From positions 77,872,001-77,936,000 of the forward strand of contig OX597824.1 in NCBI GenBank assembly GCA_951406725.2: a stretch of DNA of 64,000 nt, in the 5' to 3' direction. A program made the translations under genes and the position numbers. Shown here in pieces: positions 61,179-64,000 of this stretch; the stretch's first letter is position 1, and every line of letters starts with the position of its first letter. The notes below the pieces were generated by a model. It was given only the letters and a program-made list of their open reading frames with translations. It made no database searches and was not told the origin of the DNA. The stretch comes from Octopus vulgaris (taxonomy: Eukaryota).

Positions 61179-61273
61179 CGTTGGTCTGAAGAGAAGCCTG
61201 CGGTATACAGCTCGCTTGTACATTTAAGACTGCCGAGGTTACGGCTGCGATGAAACATATGTAGCCCGGAGCG
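61179..61273 (+). ncRNA. Type I hammerhead ribozyme in a 180-bp (TA)n-bounded element (61121-61298); predicted cleavage after 61263
   Basis: GGT/GCC stem I (+CGTT/AGCG); CTGAAGA 61186-61192; stem II AGCCTGCGGT..ACTGC-CG-AGGTT with imperfect base; GAA-ACATATGT-A. Confidence 0.7.
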
Positions 61274-61301
61274 TATAAACTTCATTCCGTAACTCTTGTA
61301 T

Positions 61302-61409
<108 letters not shown>

Positions 61410-61551
61410 ATATATATATATATATATAGATAGATAGATAGATAGATAGATATATAGATAGATATATATATATGTGTGTGTGTATACACACACAAAACTA
61501 TACATATGTATATATTTTTATATATGTGTATATATACATACATATACATGC

Positions 61552-61611
<60 letters not shown>

Positions 61612-62424
61612 TACTGTTCGCTTGAAGCTATGTGTATTGTTTGTAAAACGTAATGTGTGTTGAATGGCACAGCAATGGGCTCTAATAACTCTGATAATTA
61701 AATCTTTCTTAGTCTGACATAATATTTCGGAATATAAAAATTCCTTCTACAGATATCCCTAGGAATTGATCGAGTCACCGCTATAATTGGTTGTCCAACG
61801 GTATTTCTTTTCTTCTGGAAGTGTCTCTGCAGACGACTCACGAAGCTTCTTCCGGAATTCCTCATGAGAAGTGAATGAGAGCCGCCGTGTCTCAGTCTCG
61901 TGTGTACTGGCACATCCGTAGCGCTGCTTCTAAGTTATGTATTATACCTGCAGCTTTCCTGTTTTTCCTCCTTCTTGCCTTTTTTTTTATTAATAATACA
62001 TGAGCATGTTATCAAAATGGAACCTACACGCATCGAGATGTGGCTAAATAATATGACTGCCAACCTCCAGCTACAAACTCATAGCTACAAATATATCTGT
62101 GACGCCAAATGATATATCAAACAGGGTGTGCTCAGAGTTTGATTCGTCAATGCTGTTCAGATTAATCATATCCGGATTGCATGTATATATATATATATAT
62201 ATTATATATATATATTATATATTATATATAAGAGATAATGGTGTCATTGAGACCCAAATGTTTCAGGTAATGCTGAATATGTGCTATATACAGACCATAG
62301 TTAACTTTCAGATACGGTAATTTTGTAAATAAAGGGTTCAACGTTGGTTCTATGCCAGCGTGTGTATATAAGAATTTTTTGCGTAATAAGATAAAAAACA
62401 GATATTAGAGAATTTAGATAGAAG

Positions 62425-62476
62425 GTCTTACAGCTGTTTCTGGGATATTTATTAATAATATCCCTTAATCGGAGAC
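62425..62476 (-). ncRNA. Degenerate hammerhead ribozyme motif
   Basis: Minus strand GTCT-CCGATTA-A-GGGATATT..AATATCCC-A-GAA-ACAGCTGT-A-AGAC; core has 2 substitutions versus CTGATGA. Confidence 0.62.
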
Positions 62477-62541
62477 GATGTGAGAGGAAAGTTAAATCAT
62501 AGTTAGTTTAGATGTGATACAAAATAGAGGTGGAGGAGAGG

Positions 62542-62622
<81 letters not shown>

Positions 62623-63159
62623 GAAACATAGCGGGCGGGAAAACAATGACATACACAATAAATTATATAAAGGAAAGAAAGATTGAAGATGCTTTCAAAT
62701 ACATGAACTTTCAATTCTTTTGTTTCATTATTCTTTAAGAATACTTAAATGCGTGATTAGCAGCTGTACCAAAATGTCTTACTCATAATTCTTTCCCATG
62801 CTATAAAGACGGTCTTCCTAAATCAATATCGTCTGTGTGGATAGGTGGAAGATATGTTCGGACCTACGTTTCTTAGTTAAGTATATACAATGTTATCAGT
62901 TAAGATATTACCAAACTTTAATCATAAATATGGTTTTACATTTATACTCTTTATTTGTTTCAGTCATTTGACTGCGGCCATGCTGGAGCACCGCCTTTAG
63001 ACGAGCAAATCGACCCCGGGAGACCCTGGGACTTATTCTTTGTAAGCCCAATACTTATTCTATCGGTCACTTTTGCCGAATCTCTAAGTGACGGAGACGT
63101 AAACACACCAGCATCGGTTGTCAAGCAATGCTAGGGGGACAAATACGGACATACAAATG

Positions 63160-63225
<66 letters not shown>

Positions 63226-63660
63226 CAACGGGCTTCTTTCAGTTTTCGTCTATCAAATCCACTCACAAGTCTTTGGTCAGCCTGAGGCTATAGTAGAAGA
63301 AATTTGCCCAAGATGCCACGCAGTGGGACTGAACCCGGAACCATGTGGTTGGTTAGCTAGCTATTTACCACACAGCTTTATACACACATATAATTATGCA
63401 TAGATAAACACAAATATATTGCATGCATGTGAGTGTGAGTATATATATATAGTCGGAGGCGTGGTTGTGTGGTAATAAACTTCCGTACCAAACCACATGT
63501 TTCCAGATTCAGTCCCACAGTGTGGCACCTTTGGCAAGTGTCTTCTATCGACTTGGCCCGACCAAAGCCTTGTGAGTGTGTTTGGTAGACGGAAAATGAA
63601 AGAAGTCCATCCTATATAGATAGATAAATAGATAGATAGATAGGTAGATAGATAGATAGG

Positions 63661-63731
<71 letters not shown>

Positions 63732-64000
63732 ATACATACATACATACATACATACATACATACATACATACATACATACATACATGCATACATACATAGA
63801 TATGTGTGTATGTCTATGTGTGTGTTTTTGTGTCTGCATATGTCTCCTCAACGCCGCTTGACAACTGGTTTTGGTGTGTTTACCTCCTCGTAACTAAGTG
63901 GTTCGGTAAAATGGACAGATAGAATAAGTACTAGGTTTAAGACATAAGTCGGGGATCATGGAGGTGCTCCAACATGCCCGTAGTCAAATGACTAGAACAA

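Overview
AT-rich, microsatellite-laden animal DNA made almost entirely of transposable elements. The SINE sequences and the (TA)n/(AAT)n/(GATA)n load look like octopus/cephalopod genomic DNA (recognised from memory, not database-checked). No intact host protein-coding gene is supportable, and most ORF-track entries are microsatellite artefacts. Recognisable content: at least three Penelope-like element (PLE) families (RT + C-terminal GIY-YIG, one nearly intact at 1-3542), (TAA)n-targeted R4/Dong-type RLE LINEs including a head-to-tail array at 53.5-56.9 kb, RTE/CR1/Tx1-like LINE ends, a Gypsy integrase remnant, several mariner/Tc1 copies and three tRNA-derived SINE families. The main non-coding signal is a dense set of type-I hammerhead ribozyme motifs (about 8 well formed, several degenerate). 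They have family-specific palindromic stem III sequences and two non-canonical cores (U3-A8 and A6U), and sit in short (TA)n-bounded PLE-derived elements. Several of these elements are integrated as snap-back palindromes; one of 439 bp carries a ribozyme on each strand.
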